A stretch of DNA of 64,000 bases, taken from the IMG/VR virus record IMGVR_UViG_3300027906_000003, positions 59,821 to 123,820 of that record; one strand, given 5' to 3'. Source of the DNA: a virus. Position 1 is the stretch's first letter; the number at the start of each line of letters is the position of its first letter. Positions 10,444-20,614 of the stretch are shown in pieces. The notes under the pieces are model-generated. The model ran no database searches. It was not told the DNA's origin and saw only the letters and a program-made list of their open reading frames with translations. A program made the translations under genes and the position numbers.

Positions 10444-11985
10444 ATGGAATTATTCGGGTTTGAAATCACTCGTAAAAGAGACGAGTTAAGAGCAACAGAG
10501 GTTGATAAAAAAGCAATCTCTTTTGTGCCTCCAGTCGATGATGATGGCACACCAGTTATACAATCACAACCAGGTGGTTTTATTACAGGTGGTGCATATG
10601 GGTCATACATCGATATGGAAGGCGGTATTAAGAATGAGGCAGAACTCATTCGTAGATACCGTGAGATATCCTTAATACCTGAATGTGATTCAGCAATAGA
10701 GGATATCGTTAATGAGTGTATCACATCTGACACTTCGGATAGGATAGTTTCACTCGACCTCAGAGATGTAAAGCTCTCTGATAGCATCAAAGATAAGGTG
10801 CAAGACGAGTTTTATCACATCCTAAACATCATGAGATTCAATCAGAACTCTCATGAATTATTCAGAAAATGGTACATCGATGGTAGAGTCTACTTCCATA
10901 AGGTCGTGGATTCGAAACGACCTAAGGCAGGTATCGTTGACATCAGAAATATTGACCCTATAAAGATTAAGAAAGTTCGTAATATTGAGAAAGACAGAGA
11001 CAATAAGACGAATGTTGAAAAGATTACAAAGATGGAAGAGTTCTATCTTTTCAACGATAGAGGTTTTGATAAGAGTGGTTCTGGAGAAGGAAACACTGTT
11101 AAAATTGCACCAGAGGCAGTATGTTATACAACTTCTGGTCTACTAGACTACACTAAAAATGTTGTAGTTGGTTATCTTCATAAAGCAATGAAGACTGCAA
11201 ATCAACTATCTATGATAGAAGATGCACTTGTTATCTATAGGATATCAAGAGCACCAGAAAGAAGAATCTTCTACATCGATGTTGGTAACTTGCCAAAAGC
11301 AAAGGCAGAACAATACTTATCAGAAGTTATGAACAAGTATAGAAATAAACTTGTTTATAACGCACAGACAGGTGAAATCAAAGATGATAGAAAACACATG
11401 TCTATGATGGAAGATTTTTGGTTACCAAGAAGAGAGGGTGGAAGAGGAACAGAGATATCTACACTCCCAGGTGGTCAGAACTTAGATGATATTGCAGATA
11501 TAGAATACTTCAAAAAGAAACTATATCGTGCATTAAATGTGCCTATATCTCGTATGGAATCAGATAATGGTTTCAATATGGGTAAGTCATCTGAGATTAC
11601 GAGAGATGAATTGAAGTTTAATAAATTTACTAATAGACTTCAAAAGAAATTTGCAAGAGTATTCAACGATGTGTTGAGAACTCAGTTGATTCTGAAAGAG
11701 ATTGTTTCTGCAGAAGAGTTTGATAAAATTAAAGATTTTATTCAATACGATTGGGCAACAGACAACCACTTTACAGAATTAAAAGATGCAGAGATTATAC
11801 GAGAAAGAATGGACACACTTTCACAAGTAAGTGAGTATGTCGGCAAATATTACTCGAATGAGTATATTAGAAAGTATATCCTGAATCAAACGGAAGAGGA
11901 TATCAAAATCATCGATGCTCAGATAGAGCAAGAGGGTGGTTCTGGTGACGATAGTGAAAACGAAGATGACTTCGGAGGATTTTAA
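10444..11985 (+). CDS. gp20: Portal protein gp20
   Basis: RAPERRIFYIDVGNLPK, EDFWLPRREGGRGTEI, ITRDELKF. Confidence 0.97.
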   Translation: MELFGFEITRKRDELRATEVDKKAISFVPPVDDDGTPVIQSQPGGFITGGAYGSYIDMEGGIKNEAELIRRYREISLIPECDSAIEDIVNECITSDTSDRIVSLDLRDVKLSDSIKDKVQDEFYHILNIMRFNQNSHELFRKWYIDGRVYFHKVVDSKRPKAGIVDIRNIDPIKIKKVRNIEKDRDNKTNVEKITKMEEFYLFNDRGFDKSGSGEGNTVKIAPEAVCYTTSGLLDYTKNVVVGYLHKAMKTANQLSMIEDALVIYRISRAPERRIFYIDVGNLPKAKAEQYLSEVMNKYRNKLVYNAQTGEIKDDRKHMSMMEDFWLPRREGGRGTEISTLPGGQNLDDIADIEYFKKKLYRALNVPISRMESDNGFNMGKSSEITRDELKFNKFTNRLQKKFARVFNDVLRTQLILKEIVSAEEFDKIKDFIQYDWATDNHFTELKDAEIIRERMDTLSQVSEYVGKYYSNEYIRKYILNQTEEDIKIIDAQIEQEGGSGDDSENEDDFGGF

Positions 11986-11988
11986 TAA

Positions 11989-12153
11989 ATGAATGATATC
12001 GCAAAAGAAATAGTAGACCAAATAGAAGATGGTAAAATGGATAATGCCAAAGAAACAATCTTTAAAGGTTTACACCAAAAGGCTGCTGAGAACATCGACA
12101 TGAAAAGAGTCGAAACTCAGGTAAATTGGATGGATAAGAAAGAAGAAGAGTAA
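11989..12153 (+). CDS. Small prohead core protein (gp67-like position), 54 aa, not in ORF track
   Basis: ATG..TAA between gp20 and the next gene with TAATG coupling; MNDIAKEIVDQIEDG. Confidence 0.65.
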   Translation: MNDIAKEIVDQIEDGKMDNAKETIFKGLHQKAAENIDMKRVETQVNWMDKKEEE

Positions 12154-12452
12154 TGAAATCATTTCAACAGATGACAGAAGAACTAAACGAGGCAAAATCA
12201 ATGTTGCCTGTTGGTCATAGACAACTTAAAAATGAAGTTGTATCTGTTGGTGATAAGACTTTTAACTTATCTTATTCACAAAAGGGTAATGATGTCTTTG
12301 TATTTTTAGAAGGAATGGACACAGGTGATGTATACGAAGACCTCAAAAGTGCTGAAGCACAAATGAAAGACATAAAAGATGTCTTAAAATCTATGGGGGA
12401 ATCATTTTCCATAGAAGAATTTAAGGAGTTATTCAATGAAACTAATATCTGA
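12153..12452 (+). CDS. Prohead core/internal head protein (gp68-like position)
   Basis: Position before gp21; MKSFQQMTEELNE capsid-targeting-like N-terminus. Confidence 0.55.
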   Translation: MKSFQQMTEELNEAKSMLPVGHRQLKNEVVSVGDKTFNLSYSQKGNDVFVFLEGMDTGDVYEDLKSAEAQMKDIKDVLKSMGESFSIEEFKELFNETNI

Positions 12453-13089
12453 ATATAACGATTACGCAATATCACCTGTAATCATCGAACAAAACGAAAA
12501 AGGTGAGAAAGAATACTACATTGAAGGAGTATTCATGCAATCAGAAATTAAAAATAGAAACGGCAGAGTTTATCCAAAGAACATAATGGAGAAAGAAGTA
12601 GGTCGTTATAGAAAAGAATTCATTGAAAAAGACCGAGCATTCGGTGAGTTGGGACATCCAGAGGGACCAACTATTAATTTAGACAGAGTTTCCCATTTAA
12701 TTACATCACTAGAAGAAGATGGTGATAATTATATAGGGAGAGCAAAGATTTTAAGCACTCCAAATGGTCAAATCGTAAGAAGTTTGATTTCAGATGGTGC
12801 TAAATTAGGTGTTTCATCAAGAGGACTAGGTTCACTAGAGTCAAAAGGTGATGCACAATATGTTAAGGGTGACTTTCAGCTGGCAACAGCTGCGGACATC
12901 GTAGCAGACCCAAGTGCTCCAGAGGCCTTCGTTGAAGGAATCTATGAAGGAGTAGAGTGGGTAATGGAGAACGGTTTACTTAAAGCTGTTGAACTTGAAG
13001 CAATGCAGAGAGAAATCCGCACTGTCCAAGCGTCAAAACTAGAGGAAACCAAATTAAATTTATGGAAAAGGTTCGTTGAGAGTCTATAA
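12436..13089 (+). CDS. gp21: Prohead protease gp21
   Basis: NRNGRVYP, GELGHP, GVSSRGLGS, DIVADPSAP. Confidence 0.96.
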   Translation: MKLISEYNDYAISPVIIEQNEKGEKEYYIEGVFMQSEIKNRNGRVYPKNIMEKEVGRYRKEFIEKDRAFGELGHPEGPTINLDRVSHLITSLEEDGDNYIGRAKILSTPNGQIVRSLISDGAKLGVSSRGLGSLESKGDAQYVKGDFQLATAADIVADPSAPEAFVEGIYEGVEWVMENGLLKAVELEAMQREIRTVQASKLEETKLNLWKRFVESL

Positions 13090-13091
13090 CA

Positions 13092-13118
13092 TATAAATAA
13101 AAAAGTAAACTATAAATA
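13092..13118 (+). promoter_or_regulatory. Tandem late promoters (TATAAATA at 13092 and 13111)
   Basis: Two exact consensus boxes before gp22. Confidence 0.7.
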
Positions 13119-13145
13119 GTTTAATACTCATAACAGGAGAAAAAA

Positions 13146-14507
13146 ATGGCAGAGTTAGAAAATAACCTAGAATCAACAGAAGAAGAAACTGTTGAAACAG
13201 TTGCGGAGGCAGGTCAACCTGACGCTAAGGCTGAAAAAGGTGACACAAAACCTGTTAAGCAAGGTTCATCCGACGAGGAGAAAATCGAATCGGGTAAGGG
13301 TGAGGTCGTTAAACCTGAAGAAAATCCTGTTGACAAATCAGTAGCATCAGTAAAAAAAGCTGGTGACGAAACTAAACAAGTTAAAGATGCAGTAAACAAA
13401 TCTGCACCTGCTCCTGAGAAATCAGAAAAACTTAAAGAAGATGAAGATTCTGCGAAAGACGAAGTTAAAATGTCTAAAATGGAATCAATCAAGGCGATTG
13501 TCAACAACATGAAGGATATGACCAAAGAGGAACTTCAAAAAACTTTTGGTGAAATGTCAGAAGAAGAAGTTGACGAGACCTTGACTAAAGCAGAAGTCGC
13601 TAGAAAAATCGTTGAAATGCTTAAAGCAATGGATGAAGAAGCAGTTCTTAAAATTGCAGAGAAGTATGAAGACGAAGAAGAAGAAGACGATGATGACGAT
13701 GACAATGACGAAATGGAAGAGTCAGTCGACACATCAGACTTAGAATCTTCATTAGTAGAGATAGAAGTTGAAGACGACCTCAATGCAATCTCAGAAGCAC
13801 TCGACTTATCAGAAGAGAATGCAGAGAAAGCTAGAACAATCTTTAAAGCAGCTGTTCAATCAAAAGTTGCAGAGATTAAAGAGTCTTTAGAATCTCAGTA
13901 TTCAGACGAATTAAAAACCTCAGTAGAAAAAGTCAAAGGTGACCTTGCGGAAGCAGTTGATAAATATCTTACATATTGTGCAGAAGAGTGGACGAAAGAA
14001 AACGAACTTGCAATAGAAAGAGGTTTGAGAGCGGAAATGACTGAAAACTTTATCGAAGGAATGAAAACATTGTTCACTGAACACTATGTTGAAGTACCAG
14101 AAGATAAGTATAATGTCATGGACGAACTCGCAAATAGACTCGATGAAATGGAACAAAAACTCGATTCAGAAGTTTCCAAGAATATGGAAGTTTCAGAAGA
14201 GTTAGATTCATTGAAGAGAGCAAATGTGGTCAGAGAAGCCTGTGAAGACTTAACTGAATCACAAAAAGAGAAAATGGAATCACTTTCAAACGGAGTAGAC
14301 TTCAAAGATACAGCAGATTTCTCAGAGAAAGTTGCTGAAATCAAAGAAGCTTATTTCGGTCAAGTTGAGGGTGACAACATTGCAGAAGAAATGACTGTAG
14401 AAGAAGGAACAGGTTCTTTCGAAGATGATTCATCATCAGAAGAAGTTCTTGACCCAACTATTGCAAGATATTCATCTGCTATAAGTAAACTAAAACCATT
14501 AGGTTAA
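13146..14507 (+). CDS. gp22: Prohead scaffold protein gp22
   Basis: Very acidic coiled coil; KARTIFKAAV, VDKYLTY, EEWTKENELAIERGLR. Confidence 0.92.
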   Translation: MAELENNLESTEEETVETVAEAGQPDAKAEKGDTKPVKQGSSDEEKIESGKGEVVKPEENPVDKSVASVKKAGDETKQVKDAVNKSAPAPEKSEKLKEDEDSAKDEVKMSKMESIKAIVNNMKDMTKEELQKTFGEMSEEEVDETLTKAEVARKIVEMLKAMDEEAVLKIAEKYEDEEEEDDDDDDNDEMEESVDTSDLESSLVEIEVEDDLNAISEALDLSEENAEKARTIFKAAVQSKVAEIKESLESQYSDELKTSVEKVKGDLAEAVDKYLTYCAEEWTKENELAIERGLRAEMTENFIEGMKTLFTEHYVEVPEDKYNVMDELANRLDEMEQKLDSEVSKNMEVSEELDSLKRANVVREACEDLTESQKEKMESLSNGVDFKDTADFSEKVAEIKEAYFGQVEGDNIAEEMTVEEGTGSFEDDSSSEEVLDPTIARYSSAISKLKPLG

Positions 14508-14527
14508 TTTAAAGGAAAAATGTAAAA

Positions 14528-15832
14528 ATGTTTTTATCAGAAAATTTACAAGAAAAATGGTCTCCTATACTTGAGCACTCAGATTTACCAAAAATCGAAG
14601 ACAACTATAAGAGAGCTGTAACCGCAGTTATCCTTGAAAACCAAGAGAAAGCCCTAAACGAAGATAGAGCAACTCTTGAAGAAGCTGCACCTTTAAATGC
14701 TACTGGTTCTGCAATTAGTAATTGGGACCCAATCCTTATTTCACTAGTTCGTAGAGCTATGCCAAATCTCGTTGCTTACGACATTTGTGGTGTTCAACCA
14801 ATGACAGGTCCAACAGGTCTTATCTTTGCTATGAAAGCAAGATATCATGACGATGTTAACGCGACTAGAGATAATATGTCAGAAGCTTTATTTAATGAAG
14901 CTCGTTCAACATACTCTAATTCGCCTCAAACAACTTCAACTTCTGTAGGTTCTGACCCAATTGGTGACCCATTCGACACATCATCTCCTTCATACGCAGA
15001 CACTACTGGTGCTGGTATGTCAACAGCTAACGCTGAAGCATTAGGTGATGCGGCGGGCAACCATTTTGCAGAAATGGCTTTCACAATCGAGAAAGCAACT
15101 GTGACTGCAAAATCCAGAGCATTAAAAGCTGAGTATACACTCGAATTAGCACAAGACCTCAAAGCAATCCACGGTCTTGATGCAGAATCAGAATTGGCAA
15201 ACATCTTATCATCTGAGATTCTTGCTGAAATCAACCGTGAAGTTATCAGAAATGTTAACATGCAGGCTAAAACAGGTGCGTCAGCAACTGCTTCAGCAGG
15301 TACTTTCAACTTAGATGTTGATGCAAACGGAAGATGGTCAGTTGAGAAATTCAAAGGTTTGATTTTCCAAATCGAAAGAGAAGCTAATGTAATAGCAAAA
15401 GAAACACGAAGAGGTAAAGGTAACTTTATTCTTTGTTCTTCTGATGTTGCATCTGCTCTTTCAATGGCAGGAGTATTAGATTACGCACCTGCTTTATCAA
15501 CTTCTTTAAATGTTGATGACACAGGCAATACATTTGCTGGTGTTCTTAACGGTAAAGTTAAAGTATACATCGACCCTTATGCAGGTGTTGATTATATGAC
15601 AGTTGGTTACAGAGGAAGCAATCCTTATGACGCTGGTCTATTCTATTGCCCATATGTTCCACTTCAAATGGTGAGAGCAGTTGGCGAGAATACTTTCCAA
15701 CCGAAAATTGGTTTCAAAACAAGATACGGAATGGTATCTAATCCTTTTGTTGGTGCTACACCAGCTGACGGAATGGCAACTGCCGGAACAAACCAATACT
15801 ACAGAAAGATGGCTGTTTCAAACATTCTATAA
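14528..15832 (+). CDS. gp23: Major capsid protein gp23
   Basis: GVQPMTGPTGLIFAM, SRALKAEYTLELAQDLKAIHGLDAE, FQPKIGFKTRYG. Confidence 0.98.
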   Translation: MFLSENLQEKWSPILEHSDLPKIEDNYKRAVTAVILENQEKALNEDRATLEEAAPLNATGSAISNWDPILISLVRRAMPNLVAYDICGVQPMTGPTGLIFAMKARYHDDVNATRDNMSEALFNEARSTYSNSPQTTSTSVGSDPIGDPFDTSSPSYADTTGAGMSTANAEALGDAAGNHFAEMAFTIEKATVTAKSRALKAEYTLELAQDLKAIHGLDAESELANILSSEILAEINREVIRNVNMQAKTGASATASAGTFNLDVDANGRWSVEKFKGLIFQIEREANVIAKETRRGKGNFILCSSDVASALSMAGVLDYAPALSTSLNVDDTGNTFAGVLNGKVKVYIDPYAGVDYMTVGYRGSNPYDAGLFYCPYVPLQMVRAVGENTFQPKIGFKTRYGMVSNPFVGATPADGMATAGTNQYYRKMAVSNIL

Positions 15833-15857
15833 TCTGTATAATCGATTTATCGATATT

Positions 15858-15888
15858 AAAATCCCCTCCTTTCGAGGGGATTTTTTTT
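15858..15888. terminator. Intrinsic terminator, probably bidirectional
   Basis: AAAATCCCCTC-CTTTC-GAGGGGATTTTTTTT between convergent transcripts. Confidence 0.85.
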
Positions 15889-15901
15889 GGTTCAGATAAA
15901 C

Positions 15902-16031
15902 GAAACCCCAATCACTTCTAGCTCTTCAGCAGGTTAATTGGGGTCTCTATTCTAGGAACTTCGCACCTCACTATCGTCATTAGTTCTTGTGCCTGGTTTA
16001 CCAGAGAGGTTGACGATTCCTCGGTTTCCTA
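15902..16031 (-). ncRNA. Candidate structured RNA in the 3' region of the HAD transcript
   Basis: Several stems on the - strand, including a 13-bp stem with G-U pairs that are mismatches on +. Confidence 0.4.
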
Positions 16032-16496
16032 AAAATCTCCGTCTGCAACTTGGACTACATTAAATCCTTTTGCTCTCCACATATCAACGACTTTATTTCT
16101 ATCATCGAAGATTAAATCAATCTTACCACCTAAAGCAAAGAACTTGTCTGCTAAATGTGATTTGAACTCAGCATCATCTGAGAAGTCTCCATCAGGTCTC
16201 AAAAAGACTCCTTGATGGCCATCTCCAATCCATTCAGAGATTTGTTTCTCAGTGATAGCTCTTTCAGATTCATTTCTTGCAGAGAAAAATGCAACATTAT
16301 CTCCTTGTGCAATAAATCTTTTTGCAATATCACACACCCATTGAACAGGTGTATCATTTACTGTTTCTTTTTTGAAAGAATTCCAATCTTTATTACCACC
16401 ATTAACAAAATGTCTTCTATGTTCGACATCTGCAATAGTGCCGTCAACATCAAAAATGACAGTTTTTGGTGGAATTGTGTTGAATCTTTTAGTCAT
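16029..16496 (-). CDS. HAD-family phosphatase (PseT 3'-phosphatase-like)
   Basis: FDVDGT, FSAR, FLRP, FDDR..VVDMWR; start reassigned to MTKRF, 6 nt after the -10 box. Confidence 0.85.
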   Translation of the reverse strand: MTKRFNTIPPKTVIFDVDGTIADVEHRRHFVNGGNKDWNSFKKETVNDTPVQWVCDIAKRFIAQGDNVAFFSARNESERAITEKQISEWIGDGHQGVFLRPDGDFSDDAEFKSHLADKFFALGGKIDLIFDDRNKVVDMWRAKGFNVVQVADGDF

Positions 16497-16502
16497 GTAT
16501 AC

Positions 16503-16535
16503 ATTATATAAAAAAAGTGACCGCTTTGTCAACGC
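16503..16535 (-). promoter_or_regulatory. Conserved early sigma70-type promoter
   Basis: GCG-TTGACA-AAGCGGTCACTTTTTTTA-TATAAT, 18-nt spacer. Confidence 0.8.
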
Positions 16536-16551
16536 ATAAATATAAATAGTT

Positions 16552-16791
16552 ATGGAGAATACTATGAAACAATATGAAAAGACTGTTGATGTTTTAGAAG
16601 GACCTTGGGAATCGAAATCATTTCCAAAAGGAAAAGAAACAACTAAAAACATAATCAGCAGAAAGATAACAACAGTGTATAAAAAAGATGGTTATCTATG
16701 TGAAGAAATCAATCTAAGAGAGTATCGAGGTGAAGATTACCATGATACTTCAACAAGCAAGAGGATAATCAAACTTGACAACAACGATTAA
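16552..16791 (+). CDS. Hypothetical protein
   Basis: Follows TATAAATA at 16541; may start at ATG 16564 after GGAG. Confidence 0.6.
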   Translation: MENTMKQYEKTVDVLEGPWESKSFPKGKETTKNIISRKITTVYKKDGYLCEEINLREYRGEDYHDTSTSKRIIKLDNND

Positions 16792-17314
16792 TAAATCTAT
16801 TCTAAATAAGAATAACTTTAGATTACTTATAGACAAGATACCAACAGTTGAATACTATGTTCAATCTGTTAATATACCTGGTCTTGCATTCACTGAACTC
16901 AGACAAGGTGCTGGTGTTGGGTTAGACGCATATTTTCCAGGTGATAAAATTGAATTTGGTAAACTAAGTGTCAAATTCTTAGTAGATGAAGATTTAGAAA
17001 ACTTCAAAGAAGTTTATGATTGGATGAATGCAATCGTTCCAATAAAAGACCCAGCAGATTATAGTGCCTACACAGCTACTCAAAAAACTTCATCAGGTTT
17101 AATGAGTGGTGTTGATAGTGATTTAAATCAGTATTCTGATATCACATTAGTGACAAATACAAATAAGAACATACCAAACAAGTTCTTTAGATTTCATGAC
17201 TGTTTTCCTACATCATTAGGAGAACTAGAATTGATTTCTGGTTCAGATAGTGAACCAGTGACATGCCAAGTAGATTTTATATTCTCGTATTACGATATAG
17301 ATTCTGGCTCTTAA
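16775..17314 (+). CDS. gp3: Tail completion / tube terminator gp3-like
   Basis: VEYYVQSVNIPG, PGDK, FLVDEDLENFKEVYDW, FHDCFPTSLG; between gp23 and uvsY. Confidence 0.8.
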   Translation: MTTTINKSILNKNNFRLLIDKIPTVEYYVQSVNIPGLAFTELRQGAGVGLDAYFPGDKIEFGKLSVKFLVDEDLENFKEVYDWMNAIVPIKDPADYSAYTATQKTSSGLMSGVDSDLNQYSDITLVTNTNKNIPNKFFRFHDCFPTSLGELELISGSDSEPVTCQVDFIFSYYDIDSGS

Positions 17315-17357
17315 ATCCCCTTATAAATACTAGTATATTATGTTATAATGGTCGTAT

Positions 17358-17801
17358 ATGACTTTAGATGAAATTAAATTGATGTGGAAAGAAGACTGTA
17401 TTGTCGATGATATAGAACTCGACAAATCAAGTCTCGATGTCCCTAAACTACATGCAAAGTATTCAGAACTACTTACTGATACTTTGGTCAAACTCAAACA
17501 ATGCCAGTTTCAATATAACCTTATTCTTAAAGATAAATGGTTGTGGTATAATGGTAAGTTAGATAAAGAGACCATAGAGAAACATGGTTGGAAAGATGAC
17601 CCATTTGATGGCATGAGAGTAATGAAAGCTGATATGCACTACTTCTTTAATTCAGATGAAGACTTAACCAAATTAAAAGCAAGAGAAGATTTACTAAAAA
17701 TACAAATGGACTTTCTCAAAGAGTGTATGCAAAACATCACTTGGAGACACCAAACGATTAAGAATACAATCGATTGGAGAAAGTTTATGGCAGGACAATA
17801 A
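17358..17801 (+). CDS. uvsY: Recombination mediator UvsY
   Basis: W.ED..D, PKLHAKY, IKNTIDWRKFMAG. Confidence 0.9.
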   Translation: MTLDEIKLMWKEDCIVDDIELDKSSLDVPKLHAKYSELLTDTLVKLKQCQFQYNLILKDKWLWYNGKLDKETIEKHGWKDDPFDGMRVMKADMHYFFNSDEDLTKLKAREDLLKIQMDFLKECMQNITWRHQTIKNTIDWRKFMAGQ

Positions 17802-18466
17802 TGTTATATCATAACTATCTATATGGATTACCAGCATTCTTTACAGATGAAGAATGTGAACTACTTATAGATATTGCAAGTCAAACTGAAATAAAAACAG
17901 GACAAGTAGGAAATCCAACCAATAAAAAAGGAGATAAAGGAACTGAAGATAACCGAATAAGAAGTTCTTCAGTATGTTGGTTTTTAGAAGATATGGTTCC
18001 TGCTCATATAGAACAGAAGATACACGATGCAATGTGTTTAGCAAATGAAGACACAGGTTGGAATTTTGATATTGCATATAGACAATCATATCAATATACA
18101 ATATATAATTCTCCTGAAACAACTAAAAAGGATAAAGGAGATTTTTATACTTGGCATACAGATTCAGGTCCAGAAAGAGACGAACAAAATATGTTAAGAA
18201 AATTAAGTTTCACATTACAGTTATCATCTCCAGATGATTATGAGGGTGGTTATTTTCAATGGATGGAACCACAAAGAGCATTTGATTGCATGGATGATTC
18301 CCCTATTATAGATATGACTGACCACATCAAGACATTACCTTACTCAGTAAAAGATAAAGGTTCAATATTTTTCTTTCCTTCATATATGCACCATAGAGTC
18401 ACACCTGTGACAAGAGGCCAAAGAAAATCCTTTGTCGGCTGGTGTGTAGGTAATAGTTATGTCTAA
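17801..18466 (+). CDS. 2OG-Fe(II) oxygenase (prolyl hydroxylase/PKHD-like)
   Basis: QYTIY, WHTD, RKLSFTLQLS, YEGG, FPSYMHHRVTPVTRGQRKS. Confidence 0.88.
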   Translation: MLYHNYLYGLPAFFTDEECELLIDIASQTEIKTGQVGNPTNKKGDKGTEDNRIRSSSVCWFLEDMVPAHIEQKIHDAMCLANEDTGWNFDIAYRQSYQYTIYNSPETTKKDKGDFYTWHTDSGPERDEQNMLRKLSFTLQLSSPDDYEGGYFQWMEPQRAFDCMDDSPIIDMTDHIKTLPYSVKDKGSIFFFPSYMHHRVTPVTRGQRKSFVGWCVGNSYV

Positions 18467-19886
18467 TATAGTAAGAGTTTCTAAAATAGATGAGGTCTTT
18501 TTAAAAGTCCATTGTGATGATGGTCTTGCAAGAGACTTATTTGATTTCTTTTCTTTTACAGTTCCAAATGCAAAGTTCATGCCGTCTTATAGAAACAAAT
18601 TTTGGGATGGTAAAGTTAGACTATTCTCTATCAAAACACATAAAATTTACATAGGTCTATTACCTTATATCGATGAATTCTGTAAAGAAAGAGGATTTGA
18701 ATTCGAAGGAGTTGAAGAGGTTTTAGGTATTAAAGAGAGACAGCCTGAATTAGATGAATTTGTCAAGGGGCTTGACTTACCATTTGAACCTCGTGGATAT
18801 CAATTAGAAGCATTAAAATCCAGTGTTCAGTATGGAAGACAACTTCTTTTATCTCCAACTGCATCTGGTAAATCTCTTATCATCTATATGTTGGCAAGAT
18901 ACTACAACAAGAAAACAATTATCATAGTGCCAACTACATCACTTGTAGAACAAATGTCAAAGGACTTTATAGATTATGGTTATAAAGAACCAGTCTGTAA
19001 GATATATCATGGTCAAGAAGTATTCGATGCACCTATAACAGTGACAACATGGCAGAGTTTTGCAAAGGCACCTAAAGAAGTATTACAATCATTTGATGTT
19101 GTAGTAGGAGATGAAGCACATCTATTTAAAGCACAAACACTGAAAGGTATCTTAGAGAAGATGAAGACTACTGCAATTAGAATAGGAACCACAGGAACTT
19201 TAGATGGTACCGAAGTTCATAGATTACAACTAGAGGGTCTTTTTGGTCCTGTTAAGAAAGTTATATCTTCTGCAGAGTTGATTGAAGAGGGTACGATTGC
19301 AAAAATTGACATACAAACCGTCATACTCCGTCATACTAAACAAAAAAAGATGTCATACCAAGATGAAATGAATTATCTAGTATCACATCAAGGTAGAAAT
19401 CAGTTTATAACAAATCTAGTAGGAAGTTTAAGAGGTAATACATTAGTATTGTTTCAGTATGTAGAGAAACATGGTCAAGTCTTGTGGGAGATGTTTAACC
19501 CAATGGTAAGTAGAATGAACGGAACATTACACTATGTTTATGGTGGAACAGATACAGAAGATAGAGAAAATGTAAGAGAGATAGTAGAGAATAGTAAAAA
19601 GAAAAACAATGTTATACTTGCATCATATGGAACATTCTCAACTGGTGTTAATATTAAAAAGATTGATAATGTTGTATTTGCAAGTCCTTCAAAGTCAAGA
19701 ATAAGAAACTTGCAATCGATTGGTAGAGGTCTTCGTAAGGCCGATGGTAAAGATAGTATGAGACTGTTTGACATTGCAGATGATTTACAATGTGAGAATC
19801 ATACACTAAATCACTTGAAAGAAAGGATAAATATCTATAACGAGGAAAGTTTTCCTTATACAATCCAACAATTCGATTTAAAGTAA
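18459..19886 (+). CDS. uvsW: DNA helicase UvsW
   Basis: SPTASGKS, GDEAH, TGT, LQSIGRGLRK. Confidence 0.95.
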   Translation: MSNIVRVSKIDEVFLKVHCDDGLARDLFDFFSFTVPNAKFMPSYRNKFWDGKVRLFSIKTHKIYIGLLPYIDEFCKERGFEFEGVEEVLGIKERQPELDEFVKGLDLPFEPRGYQLEALKSSVQYGRQLLLSPTASGKSLIIYMLARYYNKKTIIIVPTTSLVEQMSKDFIDYGYKEPVCKIYHGQEVFDAPITVTTWQSFAKAPKEVLQSFDVVVGDEAHLFKAQTLKGILEKMKTTAIRIGTTGTLDGTEVHRLQLEGLFGPVKKVISSAELIEEGTIAKIDIQTVILRHTKQKKMSYQDEMNYLVSHQGRNQFITNLVGSLRGNTLVLFQYVEKHGQVLWEMFNPMVSRMNGTLHYVYGGTDTEDRENVREIVENSKKKNNVILASYGTFSTGVNIKKIDNVVFASPSKSRIRNLQSIGRGLRKADGKDSMRLFDIADDLQCENHTLNHLKERINIYNEESFPYTIQQFDLK

Positions 19887-20353
19887 TGACAAGACCATCA
19901 GATTTAACACCCAAACAATACGAAGTTTTAAAACTTAGAAATGGGTTAGAAGTAGTTGGTATGACAAGAGATACAGCACAAGGTATTGAAGTCACATTAC
20001 CGATGGTATGCAGACTATCGGCAGGTGCCACACCAGTGGAAACACTTGCAACATTTTATCCTTATGCACCATTATCATCAGATACTACAGTGACAGTTCC
20101 TATAGACCACATTCTACATAGAAATGTAATGAATCAACAATACATTCCGTTTTATGATGAAGCAAGTTCTCAGTGGTTAGATATGTTAGAAAACAATTCT
20201 ATACCTTTGATAAACGGAACTGCAAAAAGAAAATACATAGACAAAATTTTAAACAATTTAATTAATGAAGTATCAGAAGATTATGATTATGAGGACTTTG
20301 ATTTAGAATTCGAAGAATCTCTCCCACCAATAGATAAGAAAAAACTACATTAG
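19886..20353 (+). CDS. Conserved hypothetical protein (Sm-like fold likely)
   Basis: VLKLRNGLEVVG; usual position after uvsW. Confidence 0.6.
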   Translation: MTRPSDLTPKQYEVLKLRNGLEVVGMTRDTAQGIEVTLPMVCRLSAGATPVETLATFYPYAPLSSDTTVTVPIDHILHRNVMNQQYIPFYDEASSQWLDMLENNSIPLINGTAKRKYIDKILNNLINEVSEDYDYEDFDLEFEESLPPIDKKKLH

Positions 20354-20439
20354 GTTTTATTTCCTTCTAAATAAGTGCGTATAAATTAGGTCTATATACC
20401 ATTATACAAAATTTTTATAACTAAACTTTTAGGAAAACC

Positions 20440-20613
20440 ATGACCACAGCAACTTTGATTGCGAAGAGCATGGTGCGAAAAGCTAGAGAAGTCAATCATA
20501 TCATTCGACCTCAAAAACGAAAATTGATTGAAACTATCGAATTTCTAGTGCTGATGACTCTTCCGTTTGTAATACCATTTGTCGTTATATATTTCTCTCG
20601 TTGGGGAATATAA
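20440..20613 (+). CDS. Small membrane protein, 57 aa
   Basis: AGGA SD, MTTATLIAKSMVRKARE, C-terminal TM helix; not in ORF track. Confidence 0.65.
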   Translation: MTTATLIAKSMVRKAREVNHIIRPQKRKLIETIEFLVLMTLPFVIPFVVIYFSRWGI

Positions 20614-20614
20614 A

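Noticed and set aside
13660-13720. GAA/GAY trinucleotide-like repeats in gp22 (also 28140-28330)
   Set aside because: They encode ordinary acidic low-complexity linkers
15990-16045. Glycine riboswitch or HDV-like ribozyme on the - strand
   Set aside because: GGAGA..CCGAGGA..CUCUGG only loosely resembles the glycine aptamer (CUCAGG expected) and lies at a gene 3' end; HDV L3 and P1.1 features are missing
16497-16652. N-terminal 52 aa of ORF 16029..16652
   Set aside because: Overlaps its own promoter and a + strand gene; the HAD domain starts at ATG 16496
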